Assembly (NCBI GenBank): GCA_963813025.1
Contig: CAWEXO010000005.1
Location: 1-64,000 of the forward strand
DNA from: an uncultured Verrucomicrobiae bacterium
GTDB taxonomy: Bacteria > Verrucomicrobiota > Verrucomicrobiia > Chthoniobacterales > JAFAMB01
Length of the DNA: 64,000 bases
Direction: 5' to 3'
Below the pieces are notes generated by a model. That model was given only the letters and a program-made list of their open reading frames with translations. It had not been told where the DNA came from and made no database searches. The stretch's first letter is position 1. Every line of letters starts with the position of its first letter. Positions 63,118 to 64,000 of the stretch are shown one piece after another. Made by a program: the position numbers and the translations under genes.

Positions 63118-63275
63118 AAGATCACGTGGGAAAAGGTGAAATCCGTTCAAATGACGGCAATAAACAAAGGTTATAAGTGCGATGCTTCCGGGTCAACGAG
63201 TGTTTAATCCACGCGGGCGAGTCCGGCGCTGAACAATGCTTCGCGCGAAACGTGAAACGTCAAACGTGAAATGCT

Positions 63276-64000
63276 ATGGCCAGCCGGATCATTGACTTGG
63301 ACGGAGCTTGGAGCCCCGATGCCATTCGCGGTGCGGCCTATTACAACTACCTTGCCTGGGGTCCGCAACTCCGCTACTGCGCGCCACCTCGAGTTATGGA
63401 AAGGTTTTTTCGAGAAATACGCGCGTATCCGGCGGCCTTTACCCTCGTTGGCTCGGGCGATTTTCATCACCTGAGCGCTCTGTGGCAGCGATCCCTGAGT
63501 GAGCCCTATGTCTTGATCTCCTTCGATAACCACCCAGACTGGGACACCCGTCCACCCTCTTGGTGTTGCGGCACCTGGATCTCGCGCGTACTGGAAACCC
63601 GCAACTTGAAGCGAGCCTGTATCTGGGGTTGTGGAAATTTCGAACTGGATGCGCCACATCGCTGGTTCGCAAACTATCGGGGAATGCAGACCAACCGGCT
63701 CCGAGTGTGGCCCTGGAGTGAGCGGTTAAGTCGATCGGCGCAACAGCGCTGGCCGGGCATTACCCCGAGTGATTGGCGGGAAATTTTTACCGACTTTGCC
63801 GAGACACTTCACAGCGAAGCTGTTTATGTAACGGTCGATCTCGACTGCCTCGATGAAGAAAGCGCGGTCACCGATTGGGAGCAGGGAATGTTTCTTCCCG
63901 GTGACGTCGCTTGGGCTATCGAGAAGGTTCGACAGCGTGCCCGGATCGTCGGTGGAGATCTCTGCGGAGCGCATTCTACGGCATACTATCGACGCTGGAC
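63276..64000 (+). CDS. Arginase/ureohydrolase-family protein, runs off window (absent from ORF track)
   Basis: Manual translation MASRIIDLDG...GSGDFHH...FDNHPD...VYVTVDLDCL...GGDLCG with no stop. Confidence 0.8.
   Translation, partial: MASRIIDLDGAWSPDAIRGAAYYNYLAWGPQLRYCAPPRVMERFFREIRAYPAAFTLVGSGDFHHLSALWQRSLSEPYVLISFDNHPDWDTRPPSWCCGTWISRVLETRNLKRACIWGCGNFELDAPHRWFANYRGMQTNRLRVWPWSERLSRSAQQRWPGITPSDWREIFTDFAETLHSEAVYVTVDLDCLDEESAVTDWEQGMFLPGDVAWAIEKVRQRARIVGGDLCGAHSTAYYRRW

Noticed and set aside
63248..63271. aaacgt(g/c) heptamer x3 before the arginase-family gene
   Set aside because: Too short to assign a function

Overview
Moderately GC-rich bacterial DNA; gene style suggests a soil Verrucomicrobiota (Chthoniobacterales-like) genome, which is an inference. 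The ends carry surface-polysaccharide genes: NDP-sugar epimerase, GT4 and SAM methyltransferase on the left; GT2, OM beta-barrel, Wzc, short Wza and priming sugar transferase on the right. Between them is a ~46 kb block built largely by internal duplication. It holds (i) two paralogous effector-less nSTAND1 ATPases, each with a TM helix and a 19-20 x 28-aa coiled-coil stalk but different tips, flanking an Sfp-type PPTase and an SH3 lipoprotein; (ii) a PEP-CTERM-like protein, an APH-like kinase and a PRTase/kinase/HAD fusion; (iii) five NRPS genes: two stand-alone A-T loaders and three C-initiated dimodular synthetases, each ending in a Cys-nucleophile TE and assembled as a mosaic of near-identical DNA blocks. 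A ~100-bp upstream module with a palindromic core recurs before four genes (kinase, fusion enzyme, two NRPSs). There is also a CTAG-flanked MITE with two relics and two GTAG-type REP doublets. The right end has an M32 carboxypeptidase, a USP, a heavily frameshifted acnA (probably sequencing error), a peroxiredoxin and an arginase-family gene. A-domain codes were read by eye and need software confirmation.
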